This document shows positions 24,501-36,579 of a stretch of DNA of 64,000 nt, in pieces. This DNA comes from Azolla caroliniana (taxonomy: Eukaryota; Plantae; Polypodiophyta), in the NCBI GenBank assembly GCA_043228905.1, contig JBHGNT010000020.1, positions 6,634,001-6,698,000 on the forward strand. Direction: 5' to 3'. Each line of letters begins with the position of its first letter. Positions within the stretch are counted from its first letter, which is position 1. Under the pieces are notes generated by a model that worked only from the letters and a program-made list of their open reading frames with translations, was not told the DNA's origin and did not search any database. The position numbers and the translations under genes are program-made.

Positions 24501-27282
24501 TGATACCGACTCATCAAATTTGACATCTCGACTCACTAGAACTTGTTTTGTTTGAGGGTTATATCACCTATAACCTTTTTGCTCATGTGAGTAGCCGACA
24601 AGGATACACTTCTCCACTTCTCATTCGGTACATGCATATAGGTTATGCTACCGAATACCCCGAGGTGTCTTAAATTTGGCTTCCACCCGAAATACAACTC
24701 GTGTGCTGACACCTTATTCCCGATCCGATTTTGCATGTAAATGGCCATCCGGACCGCCTCGGCCTAGTAGAACTTGGGCATGCTCTTCTCTTCTAGCATT
24801 GCCCTTACAACCTCCACAATTGACCGATTCTTCCTTTTGGCCGCACCATTTTGTTCCGGTGTGTATCTGCAACCGAATTCCCTCCAAATTTCTTTCTGTT
24901 GCAGATAATTGTTGAATTGGCTGGAAAAGGATTCTTTTCCGCCATCCGACTGCATGCACTTGATCTTTCTCTCTGTTTCCTGTTCGACAAGACTTTGTAG
25001 GTTCCAAAAACAGTCGAAGACTTCACTTTTCTTCTGGATCACATAGATCCACGTGTATCGGTTGTAGTTGTGGATGAAGGAGACGAAATATTGGCTCTCG
25101 CTAAGAGTAACGTTCTGTGCTGGTCCCCATACATCTAAATGTACCAAGTTGAGCTTGTTACGGCTCTGGTTTCTTTCGGTGAGGAATGGAAGCTGATGTT
25201 GCTTTCCAAGTTGGCAGGCTTCACAAATTTGGGCCTTACGGCCGCTAAATTTTGGCAATCCGAAAACAACCTGTTTCGATTGCAGGTCTTGAAGCCTTTG
25301 ATCATTGACATGGTCAATCCGCTTGTGCCACAAGTCAATATTTGACTTGACCTTCTGTCCTTTGGAAAATAGAGTGGTGCCGACATCATTACGTCGAGGA
25401 TGAACATCCTCCCATCCCGGGGCCCTTGCGTGATGATCCGGCCCTCTTCGTCAATGAAGCACCCGAGCTGTGTAAACCACACCTACATCTCCTGCTCGAC
25501 GATCTACCCGACCGACACCAGGTTCTTTGTGATTGTCGGGGAGTGAAGCACGTTCATAAGCTTCCCTTGTTGTCTGACATGACTCAAGGGGAGTTCTCTG
25601 ACATGCACTATCAGGTGAGGAGTGTCGTCTCCGGTTTCGACAACTCTTGGTTGCTCCGGTTTTTCCAGATATGAGAACCACTCTTCGTGGCTCGTCATGT
25701 GGTAGACGCTCCGGAGACAACGTACCACACTTCCTTTGATCTGGAAGTGGTCTTCTTTATTGAGTTCACCTTGTGTTTCATCACACAGGCTGGCCCTTTT
25801 CTGGTCTTTCCAGTTCCGGATCCTTCTGATCCTTCTGCGTAGTGCAGGCTTTGCCGGTTCCCTTGTCGGGCTTTACCGGATCCGGATTTATCCGAATCAG
25901 TGTGCTTCTTCCAACACTCACTTTCTCGGTGGCCCTTCTTGCCACAATACCAACATTCTGTGTCGACTTTCGATTTCCGGTTTTAGATGCCACCTTGACT
26001 CCCCCCTGCTTGTGGAGGGTCCAGAACTTCTGTTGGCACTATCTCTGTGTCTTCAATTTTGCTCTTGTCGACCGCCTCTATTGCGTGCCAACCCACCTCG
26101 TCCTCCACGCCCACGGGGCTGATCCACCTTTGTGTACATCATCCACTTGTTCGATTGAGTGGTCCTCGACCCACTCGCGTGGTTTTCTTCGACCATTACC
26201 ATCGATTGCAGGTTGAAGAAGGACAATGGCTTCTCCCGGGTGCAAATTGTCGTCCAGATTGGCCGATACCATTGTGCTAGACCGCCGAGGTAGATCTAGT
26301 CCATCTCTTCTTTGTCCACCATCACGTTGATGGAACCGAGTGTGTCACAGATCTCCTTTATTTTAGTGGTATAGTCAGTAACCGACATAACTCGCTGTCG
26401 GATGTTGTTGAGCTCCTATCAGAGTTGCAATTTTCGGGTTGTTTTGCTTGCCGTGAACATCTTTTGAAGATTCTCCCAAGCTTCTTTTGGCGTTTTTGCA
26501 TCCTTGATTTAGCCGAGCATATGGTCGTGCACACAGGACGTGAGGTAGTACATTACTCTGCTCGCTCCTTGTTCCCATGCCGGAAAGTCCTGGTGTGCCG
26601 AATCCGCCGCTGCTACATTTGCACCTTCCACGTAATGGTGCATTTTATACATGCCCTAGCAAGTACTAGTGCATTTTATACAACCAGAATGCATAGTTGT
26701 TCCGGCCCAGCTTTTCTGTAGGAAGCGAGCTCGCTATACTTCTATCCATATCTTCCTTCTTTTCGGTCTGTGCTTTTCCGTAAGTTAGGGTTCATCTATT
26801 TCGATTGTCCGCAACAGAGGTTCTCAACCCTTGCTCTCTAATACCATGTCAAGGTTAATATGCGAAAGCTTTGACGAACCGGTTCACGCGGATAACAACA
26901 GAAAAAGTGCCGGTTTAATGGAATCTTCACAAAACACAGATAGAGAGCGGGAGAGACAGAGAGAGAGCAGAACAATGAACTTAATTCAAAATAATAACAT
27001 TCTCTGTTACATACAATGTCATACAGAAGACTTTTTATACAAGTCCTTAAAAGGAATGACAGAAGTACTAACATGTACTTCAATGCTAATACAACTGACT
27101 GACACTAACTCCAAGGAGTGTGCCTACGTACTAGGCTAAACTTGTAGTCCTCTAATGGCCTACCGGTTACAATCTGGTCTGGCTCTTGGTTCTGGATACC
27201 GATTCGGTTCTCCGTTCCGGATACCAATCAGGCTCCGGTTTATTCAACTGATTCAGATCCTGTTTAGCTTGTCTGCTCAACA
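21531..27282 (-). mobile_element. Copia element E (B group), full length but degenerate, inserted in the RT of D
   Basis: LTRs 21531-21976 and 26847-27282, PBS ~26835-26846, PPT ~21977-21990, TSD AGCAG/AGCCG; minus-strand gag/PR/INT/RT/RH fragments. Confidence 0.92.
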
Positions 27283-28890
27283 AGCCGCAAAGGGGTGACA
27301 TTTACATCAGATGGATGTAAAGAATGCGTTCCTACAAGGCGATCTTGTGGAACAAGTGTACATGGTATAGCCCACCGGATTTCTATCCGAACGAAACACC
27401 TCGACAATTTTCCGATTAAAGAAGTCGTTGTATGGACTTAGGCAAGCCCCGTGTGCTTGGAACACAAAGATCATGTAGCAACCGCATAAGATTGGGTTTG
27501 CTCTGTCGAAATCAGACTCTTCGTTGTTCATTTGGCCGAGTCAGACCGAACCAATTAGCATCATGCTATTTCGATGATGTAGTCATCGCCGACGTAGATC
27601 TTGGAGAAATCAACTGAGTAAAGTCTCAGCTTGCAACATCATTCAAGATGAAGGATCTGGGGGACCTTTATTATTTCCTCAGGTACGAAGTGATCCGAAC
27701 CCCCGAGTGCATATTGATAAACCAACACCATTATGTGTTGAATATGTTCTTCAAGTTCAGTATGACGGAGTGCAAGTCCGTCTCAAATCCTCTAGACAGA
27801 AGTGTGAAACTTCGCCAAAATTCAGGAACTTCGCCAAAATTCAGGAACATGATTGCAACAAATTGTTGGAAGTCTCATTTAATTGACGATCACTCGGCTG
27901 GACCTCAGTTACCCGGTCGGCTTGATCAGTCAATTCATGTCGCGGTGAAAGGCCGAACACCTTCAATGCGTGCAAAGGATATTGCGTAATGTCAGTGGTA
28001 CTAAGGATAGGGTGTTGCTATATTGGGCAAGAATAGCGAGGAGTTAGTTTCCTACATGGATGTCGATGAGGACGAAAATGCCAGTGATCACAGGTCAACG
28101 TATGGATTCACATTTTCATTGGGAAGTGTCGTGATCGCCTGGAGTAGCAAAAAGTAGCCAACAGTGGCACTGTCGAGCACTGAGGTGAGTATCGAGGGGC
28201 TGCAATCGCTACGTGCGAAGCCATTAGGATCAAAAGGCTATTGAAGGATCTGTAGGTGGAGGTGTCTAAACTGACAATGATATACTGCGACAACCTCAAC
28301 AACATCCAACTTGCGAAGAACCCCGTCTTCCATGCCTGGACAAGGCACATCGAGGTGCAATATCATTTCGTCCGCGAGCGAGTCCTCTCTGGTGAAGTCG
28401 AACTTGTGTACGTTCCGACTGACAAGTTGCTAATATCTTCACCAAACCTCTTGTTCTGGACAAGTTGCGACATTTTTCAACTATGCTTGTCGTACAACAT
28501 CTCGACCTGCCGAACTTGAGGGGGAGGAGAGAAGCCGAAAAGGAGAGAGACAAAGTCCGAATAGCTGAATCAGATGAAGAATTTGATTTTGGCACGATTG
28601 AAGAAGTCGGAATGTCAGGATAGGCTAGAGAAGCCGAGAGCGCGTGGACAAGTGGAAGAAGATCGGCTAAGTGGAGACTAACCAGATGTAGGGGGAGCGG
28701 CGGAAAGAGAGAGCCGAACCTAGAGCCGAGAGAGGCGGCAAAGTCGAAAAGGACAGAGCTGACCAAGGGAAGGCAAGGACCAAGACATGGGCAAATGTGG
28801 TCAAGGGCCTGAAGGAGGATGAATCGGAGACAATTGATTCGTTTGAGGAGTTCGATTCGGACGAACCGAATCACATGAAGGCCAACCAGA

Positions 28891-29790
28891 AATGCACTCC
28901 ATTCGAGCAAACAAGACTTGGGACTTGTTCTTATTACTGAAGAATCGACGTGCTCTTCCATGCAAGTGGGTCTACAGATTAAAAGAGACTTCCGATTCAG
29001 CCACCCCAAAATTCAAGGGCAAACTAGTAGCAAAGGGTTTTCGACAAGAATATGGCATCGACTTCGACAAGATTTTTATGTTGGACTATATTCGCAAGGT
29101 GCTAAAGCACTTCAACATGTAGAACGTGAAGCTAGCACCAAGACAGCTTCCGATGTCGATCTGACCATCGGATAAAGACTCTCCTTTGACGGATAAGGAG
29201 AGAGAGCTCAATGGAAAGACACCCTATGCATCGGCAATAGGAAGTATCATGTTGGAGATGGTGGCAACCTGACTTGATCTTGCCTACGTCGTAGGTGTCG
29301 TCAGCCGGTAAATGTCAAATCCAAGACGGAAGCATTGGGAGGCTGTCAAGCACATCTTCAAGTACCTAAGAGGGACCGAAGATGCACAACTAACTTTCAG
29401 ATCAGCAAATCCGACTGAATTTGAAGGCTACACCAACTCCAACTATGGAGAGAACTTGGACAATAAGAAGTCGACATCTGGGTACATCTTCGTCTATGGT
29501 GGCAGTGCTATATCATGGAGGTTGAAGCTTCAAGAGTGCATAACTCTGTCTACCACAGAAACCAAGTACATAGCAACATCAAAAGGAATGAAGGAAGCGA
29601 TCTAGCTGCATCGATTATCTGCCAATTTTTTAGCTACGAACCGAATTGATCGACCAACGCTAACCACCTATTGTGCCTCACAGAGAGCAATACACCTCAT
29701 CAATAATCCTCTCTATCATCCAAAGACATCGAGGTGAACATCGCTGATTTCCTAACGAAGCCACTCCCAAATCGATGATTCGAGGTATTC
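28891..29790 (+). pseudogene. Tork-like Copia RT/RNase H fragments with internal deletions
   Basis: NKTWDL..ALPCKWVY..LVAKGF, jumping to YIRKVLKHFNM, MSNPRRKHWEAVK, STSGY..ISW. Confidence 0.82.
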
Positions 29791-29794
29791 ACCG

Positions 29795-32012
29795 CCTCGA
29801 GGTATTCACAGCCATTGAGTTGGCTTTGTGTCGGCTCGCCCTGAGCCATCTAGCTAGTGCAATCTCTAACACCTATCTGCGTCTCGTCGGCTTGATCCGG
29901 CCTTGTCCGAATCAGCTCGTTTCTTCTAGCACTCACGCTCTCTGTGGCCCTTCTTGTTGGGAGACAGGTCCCTCCGGATGGGAAGGAAGAAGAACAGTGC
30001 CGATGAACAAACTCGGCCGAGGCCTGAACCGGATCAGGAGTACCCGGCTACGGAGAGCCGGATGGCGCAGGCCCGGTATGAACCGGATGAGGAGTACCCG
30101 GCTACGGAGAGCCGGATGGCGCAGGCCCGGTATGAACCGGATGAGGAGTACTCGGCTACGGAGAGCCGGATGGCGCAAGCCCGGTATGAACCGGATGAGG
30201 AGTACCCGGCTACGGAGAGCCGGATGGTGCAGGCTCGGTATGAACCGGATGAAGAGACATATTCGTAAATATGTTTCTGAGAGCCCATCGAGGCTATTTT
30301 TGTAAATAGCCGAAAAGTCATATTAGTATAAATATGACTTAGGGCAAACTTTTTTAGTAACTGTTGTTGTTGTTGTCATTCTTCCTTGTTGGTGCAAGAA
30401 GAAGAGAGAGCGCGTAACTGTACACAGAGAGAGAGAGAGAGAGAACGAGGTCGTTGCCTCTGTTGTAACCGCTGCCTGTGGCGAAGATCGTGAGCCCGAG
30501 GTCGTTGCCTCCGTGTACTCACTGTTTTGTACATTCATACATAGTGACAGTTTGCAGCCTGTGGGTTGCTGTGGTTTTTCCCCTAGTTTGGGGTTTTCCA
30601 CGTTAACCTCCTGTGTACCATTTCTCTTCTTTGTGTCGTGTTCTATTTCCCGTTTTCTGTGTATGAAAAGAATCTCGGTTGTGGCCGAGCGTTGCGCATA
30701 AGGAACGTTGGGTTCCCGTCACTTCTTGGCACATTACCAACAGTCCGGTGTGGCTTTCCCTTGCCGGCTCCTGGCACCGCCTTGGCTCCACCGATTAACG
30801 AAGTGTCCAGAACTGTTGTCGATATTTTGATTATGTGGTAGATTCTGCTCTTGTCAGCTACCTCGATTGCGTACCGACTTGCCTCATCCACCACGACCAT
30901 GGGGCCTCTCTGCCTCCGTATACAACATTTTGTTGTTGGTGTGCGTACTCGTCGACGCACCCACGTGGTTTTCTTCTACGAGCAACTTTGATTGAAGCTC
31001 AAAAAATGATGGTGTATTCTCCCTCGTGCAGACCACCATTCGGAATGCTCCGAACTTAGACGCTAAACCTCCAAGGCCAACCTGCACCATTTCATTCTCC
31101 TCACGTTCACGTTGATGGAGGCGAGAGAGTCGCAAATCTCCTTGATTCGGATTGTATAATCGGCCATGGACAGATCATTCTGCCGAACATTGCTTAGCTC
31201 CTGCTTGAGTTGTAGCTTCCTAGTGTCGTGCTGGTGATGAAAATCCTTTTCATATGCGCCCACGCGTCCTTTGGTGTCGTGGCATCCCGAATGTAGCTCA
31301 AGAGTTGATCGCTCACACAAAACGCAAAACTGTAGAGAACTCTGAAAGTTCTGTGTTCCTAGGCCGAGAAGTCTCTGTGTGTCGATTCGGGTGTTGCATC
31401 ATTATCTCCTTCGACATAAATCCAGTAGCCATGGCCGAGCAGGTACTAGTGCATCTTGAACGACCAAGATGTGTAGTTGCTCCTATTGAGCTTTTCAGTT
31501 GAAAGCGAGCTTCCCATTCCTCTGTCCATATTTCTATCGTATCTTTTTTGAAAACAAGAAACCTTGACTCTGTCTTGATCTCTTGCTTTTCTGTCGGCTG
31601 CAGAGGAATCTCACCCCTCGCACTCTGATACCATGTCGAAGAATACAATGTGCGGAAGTGTGCGTAAAAGATACGGAGTATACAATTGATGTTCGAAAAC
31701 ACAACAGTTCGGTAAATGCAAAGAACACAAAGAATGAGAGGGAGGGCAAGAGACAAAATTATATTAAGAGAATAACGCTCTATACATAGGATGTGCTCAG
31801 AGAGCACTTTCATACAAGCCCATATGGACTAACAGAAGTACTGACTCTTACTTCAATGCTCATCAATGAGCCCCTACACTAACTTCCAAAATATATTCCT
31901 CCTTGGAATATCTATCCAATGTCCTCCTAGTTTACGCACCGATACGGCCTTTAGTTACACACCCAGCCTACGCACTGGTTTACGCACCCAATGTTGAGCT
32001 TGTATCTCAACA
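29795..32012 (-). mobile_element. Copia element F (B group), 5' part only: LTR, PBS, gag
   Basis: LTR 31634-32012, PBS 31622-31633 (TGGTATCAGAGT on minus), gag homologous to B/D, broken after the zinc knuckle. Confidence 0.85.
29955..30721 (+). mobile_element. Solo LTR of the C family inserted in the gag of F
   Basis: TGTTGGGAGACAGG...CCCGTCA, TSD CTTCT on both sides, highly similar to the reverse complement of 14856-15543. Confidence 0.94.
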
Positions 32013-33765
32013 GGAACCAACAAAAAAGAGTGGGTAAAAGGTCTCTTTTGACTTCGAAAGAGAAGTCGTAGAAAGACCGAGCCACCGGCTGAATCAAAGA
32101 GTTGACAAATAGTCAAACTCGACCGAGCCAACACCACCCCTATCGACCCTGAATTGGCAAGAGGTTCATTAGTTGAAACTCTTTCGACTAAGTGATTGAC
32201 AAAAGTTGACAATGTGCAAGTCGAAAATGACAGAGTGGACAGAGACAGAGTCGATTCATCTACCACACCCAAAAAGGCTAAGGGGAAAAGGCAACATGAG
32301 TCGACTAAGACTCCTATCTTCAAGTCAAACGATCCCGAAGTAGGGGAGGATGATGTGGCGTCGCCGAACTCCTAGCACAAGGGTGATTCATACAACAAGA
32401 CTCCTGACATAAGTGGTTCAACAAACACTGATCGACTGATAGAGCTTATCGAAGTATCCGAACCAATCACTTCGGCATCCAGGAGATCTGGACGAGTTCG
32501 AAGGCTGATAGAGTTCTATCAACCGAGCCTGGACTACGTTAACTACACTGATGCAGGTGAACCAAGCACATACGACGAAGTTAGAGTTGCATCAGATGTC
32601 GACGCGTGGCTACAAGCCATGAGATCCAAGATGGACTCGATCTATCAGAACAATATATGGGAGCTGGTCGAACTACTAGCTGGAAGAAAGTCGATGCCCT
32701 GCAAATGGGTTTTCAGATACAAATATGTATTCGACTAAGAGAAACCAAAATACAAAGTTCGGCTCATTGCAAAAGGGTTCAAGCAAGAACATGGGGTTGA
32801 CTATGGCGAGATATTCTCTCCAGTAGTCAAGATGACCACCCTACGGCTCCTACTCGGAGTTGTGGCGACAGAGGGCCTAGAGGTTGAGCAACTGGACGTC
32901 AACACGACTTTCCTACACAGAGACTTGGAAGAGGACATTTACATGTCCCAACCGGTAGGCTTCACAGCGAGGGGGGAGGAAAGTCACCTCGTATGTCAAT
33001 TGAAGAAAAGCCTTTATGGCTTAAAACAAGCGCCAAGGATGTGGTACCAAAAGTTTGACTCCTACATCCAACAGCTCGACTACATCCGGTCCAACTCCGA
33101 CTCATGTATGTATACTCGGCAACTGGTTGATGAGTCTTGGATCTATTTGATCCTCTATGTCAATGACATGATAATTGCAAGAAGCAATCAAGCCGAAATC
33201 AGAAAGTTAAAGAGAAGTCTTCACGAGAAGTTTGCAATGAAGGAACTCGAACAAGCCCGACACATACTAGGTATGAGGATAGAGCGAAATCGGAGAACAA
33301 AAACTCTCAGACTCTCCCAGTTCGACTATATTCGCAAGGTGCTAAAGTGCTTCAACATGCAAAACGTGAAGCTAGCCCCAATACCACCACCGACATTTAC
33401 CTGACCATCGGACAAAGACTCTCATTTGACGGATAAGGAGAGAGAGCTCAATGGAAAGACACCCTACACATCGGCTATAGGAAGTATCATGTAAGTGATG
33501 GTGGCGACCCAACCTGATCTTGCCTACATCGTAGGTGTCGTCAGCCGGTACATGTCAAATCCAGGTCGAAAGCATTGGGAGGACGAAATACACCACATCA
33601 ATAATCCTCTCTATCATGCAAAGACAAAGCATATTGAGGTGCGACATCATCATATCCGGGAGCTAGTAACTGAGATGAAGCTCAAAGTCCGGAAGATTGA
33701 CATCGAAGTGAACATCTCTAATTTCCTGATGAAGCCACTCCCAAATCAGTGCTTCGAGGTATTCA
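32013..33765 (+). pseudogene. Tork-like Copia INT-RT linker, RT and partly deleted RNase H
   Basis: MTTLRLLLG..QLDVNTTFL..LKQAPRMWYQKFD..LYVNDM, HAKTKHIEVRHHHIRE. Confidence 0.85.
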
Positions 33766-33889
33766 CCACCTTGAGGTATTCACATCCATTGAGTTGGCTT
33801 TGTGTCTACTCGCCCTAAGCCATCTAGGTAGTGTGATATCTGACGCCTATCTACGCCTCGTCGGCATGATTCGCCCTTGTCCGAATCGG

Positions 33890-36078
33890 CATTAAAGATA
33901 TTGTGCATAAAAGATATTGTGATATGTTAGCAGCACTGAGGATAGGCATTGTTGTATCGGGCAGGAGTAGCCAAGGAGTTAGTCGGCTAAACGGATGCTG
34001 ATTGGGCCGGAAATTCTGGCGATCGCAGGTCAACATACGGATTTGCGTTTTCATTGGCAAGCGTTGTGATTGCCTAGAGCAGCAAAAAGCAGACGACAGT
34101 GGCACTGTCGACCAGTGAGGGAGATATTTGAGGGGCAATTGTGATTGCCTAGAGTAGCAAAAAGTGTGAAGCTTCGCCAATATTCGAGAACGGCGTGCGA
34201 TTCGACACGGTTCCGACAGATAGTCGGAAGCCTCATTTACTTGACCATCACTAGCCGGACCTCAGCTATCTGGTCGGATTGATTAGTCAGTTCATGTTGC
34301 AGCCAAAGACCGAACACCTTCACTGTGCACAAAAGATATTACGATATGTTAGCGGCACTAAAGATAGGCCTTGTTGTATCGAGCAAGAGTAGCCGAGGAG
34401 TTAGTTGGCTACACAGATGCCGATTTGGCCGGAAATTCCAGTGATCACATGTCAACATACAAATTCGCGTTGTTATTGGCAAGCGTTGTGATTGCCTAGA
34501 ACAGGTTAAAGCAGCCAATAGTGGCTCTATCGAGCATTGAGGGCAATATTTGAGGGGTGGTTGTGATTGCCTAGAGCAGCAAAAAGCTTGAAGCTTCGCC
34601 AATATTCGAGAACGGCATGTGATTCGACACGGTTCCGATAGATAGTCGGAAGCCTCATTTACTTGACCATCACTTAGCCGGACCTCAACTATCTAGTCGG
34701 ATTGATTACTCAGTTCATGTTGCAACCAAAGACCGAAAACCTTCAGTGTGCAGAAAAGATATTGTGATATGTTACTGGCACTAAGGATAGGCATTGTTGT
34801 ATCGGGCAGGAGTAGACGAGTTAGTCGGCTACACGGATGCTGATTGGGTCGGAAATTCCAGCGATTGCAGGTCAACATACACATTCGCGTTTTCATTGGC
34901 AAGCGTCGTAATTGCCTAGAGTAGCAAAAAGCAGCCAACAATGGCCCTGTCGACCATTGAGGGCGATATTTCAGGGGTGATTGTGATTGCCTAGAGCAAC
35001 AAAAAGTGTGAAGCTTCGCCAATATTCGAGAACGGCGTGCGATTTGACACGATTCCGATAGATAGTCAGAAGCCTTATTTACTTGACCATCACTTAGCCA
35101 GACGTCAGGTATCTAGTCGGATTGATTAGTCAGTTCATGTTGCAACCAAAGACCGAACACCTTCAATGTGCACAAAAGATATTGTGATATGCTAGCTGCA
35201 CTAAGGATAGGCATTGTTGTATTGGGCAAGAGTAGCCGAGGAGTTAGTCGGCTACACGGATGCCGATTGGGCTGGAAATTCCGGCGATCGCAGGTCAACA
35301 TACGGATTTGCGTTTTTATTGGCAAACGTTGTGATTGCCTAGAGCAACAAAAGGCAGCCGACAGTGGCCTTGTCGACCACTGAGGGCGATATTTGAGGGG
35401 CGGTTGTGATTACCTAGAGCAGCAAAAAGTGTGAAGCTTCGCCAATATTCGAGAATGGCGTGCGATTCTACACGGTTCTGACAAATAGTCGGAAGCCTCA
35501 TTTACTTGACCATCACTCAGCCAGACCTCAGCTATCCGGTTGGATTGATTAGTCAGTTCATATTACAGCCAAAGACCAAACACCTTCCATGTGCACAAAA
35601 GATATTGTGATATGTTAGCGGCACTAAGGATAGGCATTGTTGTATTGGGCAGGAGTGGCCGAGGAGGTAGTCGTCTCCACGGATGCCGATTGGGCATGAA
35701 ATTCCGGCGATCATAGGTCAACACAGGGATTCACGTTTTCATTGTCAAGCATTGTAATTGCCTAGAACAGCAAAAAGCAGCCAACAGTGGCTCTATCGAG
35801 CATTGAGGGTGATATTTGAGGGGCGGTTGTGATTGCCTAGAGCAGCAAAAAGCGCGAAGCTTCGCCAATATTTGAGAACGGCGTGCGATTTGACACGGTT
35901 CTGATAGATAGTCGGAAGCCTCATTTACTTGACCATCAATCAGCCAGACCTCAACTATCCGTTCGGATTGATTAGTTAGTTCATGTTGAAGCCAAAGACG
36001 AAACACCTTCCGTGTGCACAAAAGATATTGTGATATGTTAGCGGCACTAAGGATAGGCATAGTTGTATTGGGCATGAG
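33890..36078 (+). repeat. Tandem array of a ~422-bp unit derived from B-group Copia RT/RNase H, left part (~5 units)
   Basis: GAAGCTTCGCCAATATT recurs near 34168, 34590, 35010, 35433, 35856; unit corresponds to the [30 protein letters not shown] region. Confidence 0.92.
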
Positions 36079-36529
36079 TGTTGTCCGCCGAAATAGTAAC
36101 CGACGGACAGGAGTGCAGAAATATAGAATACAGTAAAAACGTAATGCATGTAACAGTTTACGCGGGAAGCGTGAACGGCTAAAAGACCCTTTGTATATAT
36201 AGGGCAGAAATCCTCTGTAAGAGGTAGCGTTATCTTAATAGAGTATTATCTTCTCTGATTCCTGTGCATATTTGTCGTTAATCTACTGTGTTTTTGTGAT
36301 TCTTGGTGGAGTATTGTAGTCGTAAGGGCGCAGGCGTGAGTGCGAGTGTTGTTACTAGTGCATTCTCTAAGGAGTTTGGTTGTAGCCGTCTCCCTTATAC
36401 GCTACTAGGATACGGGGAGGTATCCCATTACGTATTATGGTACGACGGTACCATTCGTTGCAACGCAGTCACTTTGAGGTCTAGATCGAAGGACAGACCG
36501 TAGACTGTGTTCCTAATCGGTAACACTTT

Positions 36530-36546
36530 TGGCACACTTGGTGATC
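36530..36546 (+). promoter_or_regulatory. PBS of G, probably tRNA-Arg type
   Basis: TGGCACACTTGGTG 4 nt after the LTR CA; resembles, from memory, the Arg-type PBS TGGCAC(A/G)CCC(G/A)GTGGGA of Tat-like elements. Confidence 0.65.
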
Positions 36547-36579
36547 TGTGTCTTCTCATAGACGAACAACGACGAATGG

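Larger units (their letters stand above)
17057..28890 (+). mobile_element. Copia element D (B group), internal region only with no LTRs; hosts two solo LTRs and element E
   Basis: 5' UTR and gag from 17151, protease ~18900, integrase ~19480-20100, RT ~21200-21530 + 27283-27990, RNase H to ~28520, extension to ~28890. Confidence 0.85.

Noticed and set aside
33890-36078. Possible CRISPR-like or protein-coding repeat array
   Set aside because: No unique spacers; whole units are decayed Copia RT/RNase H and the minus-strand ORFs are antisense shadows
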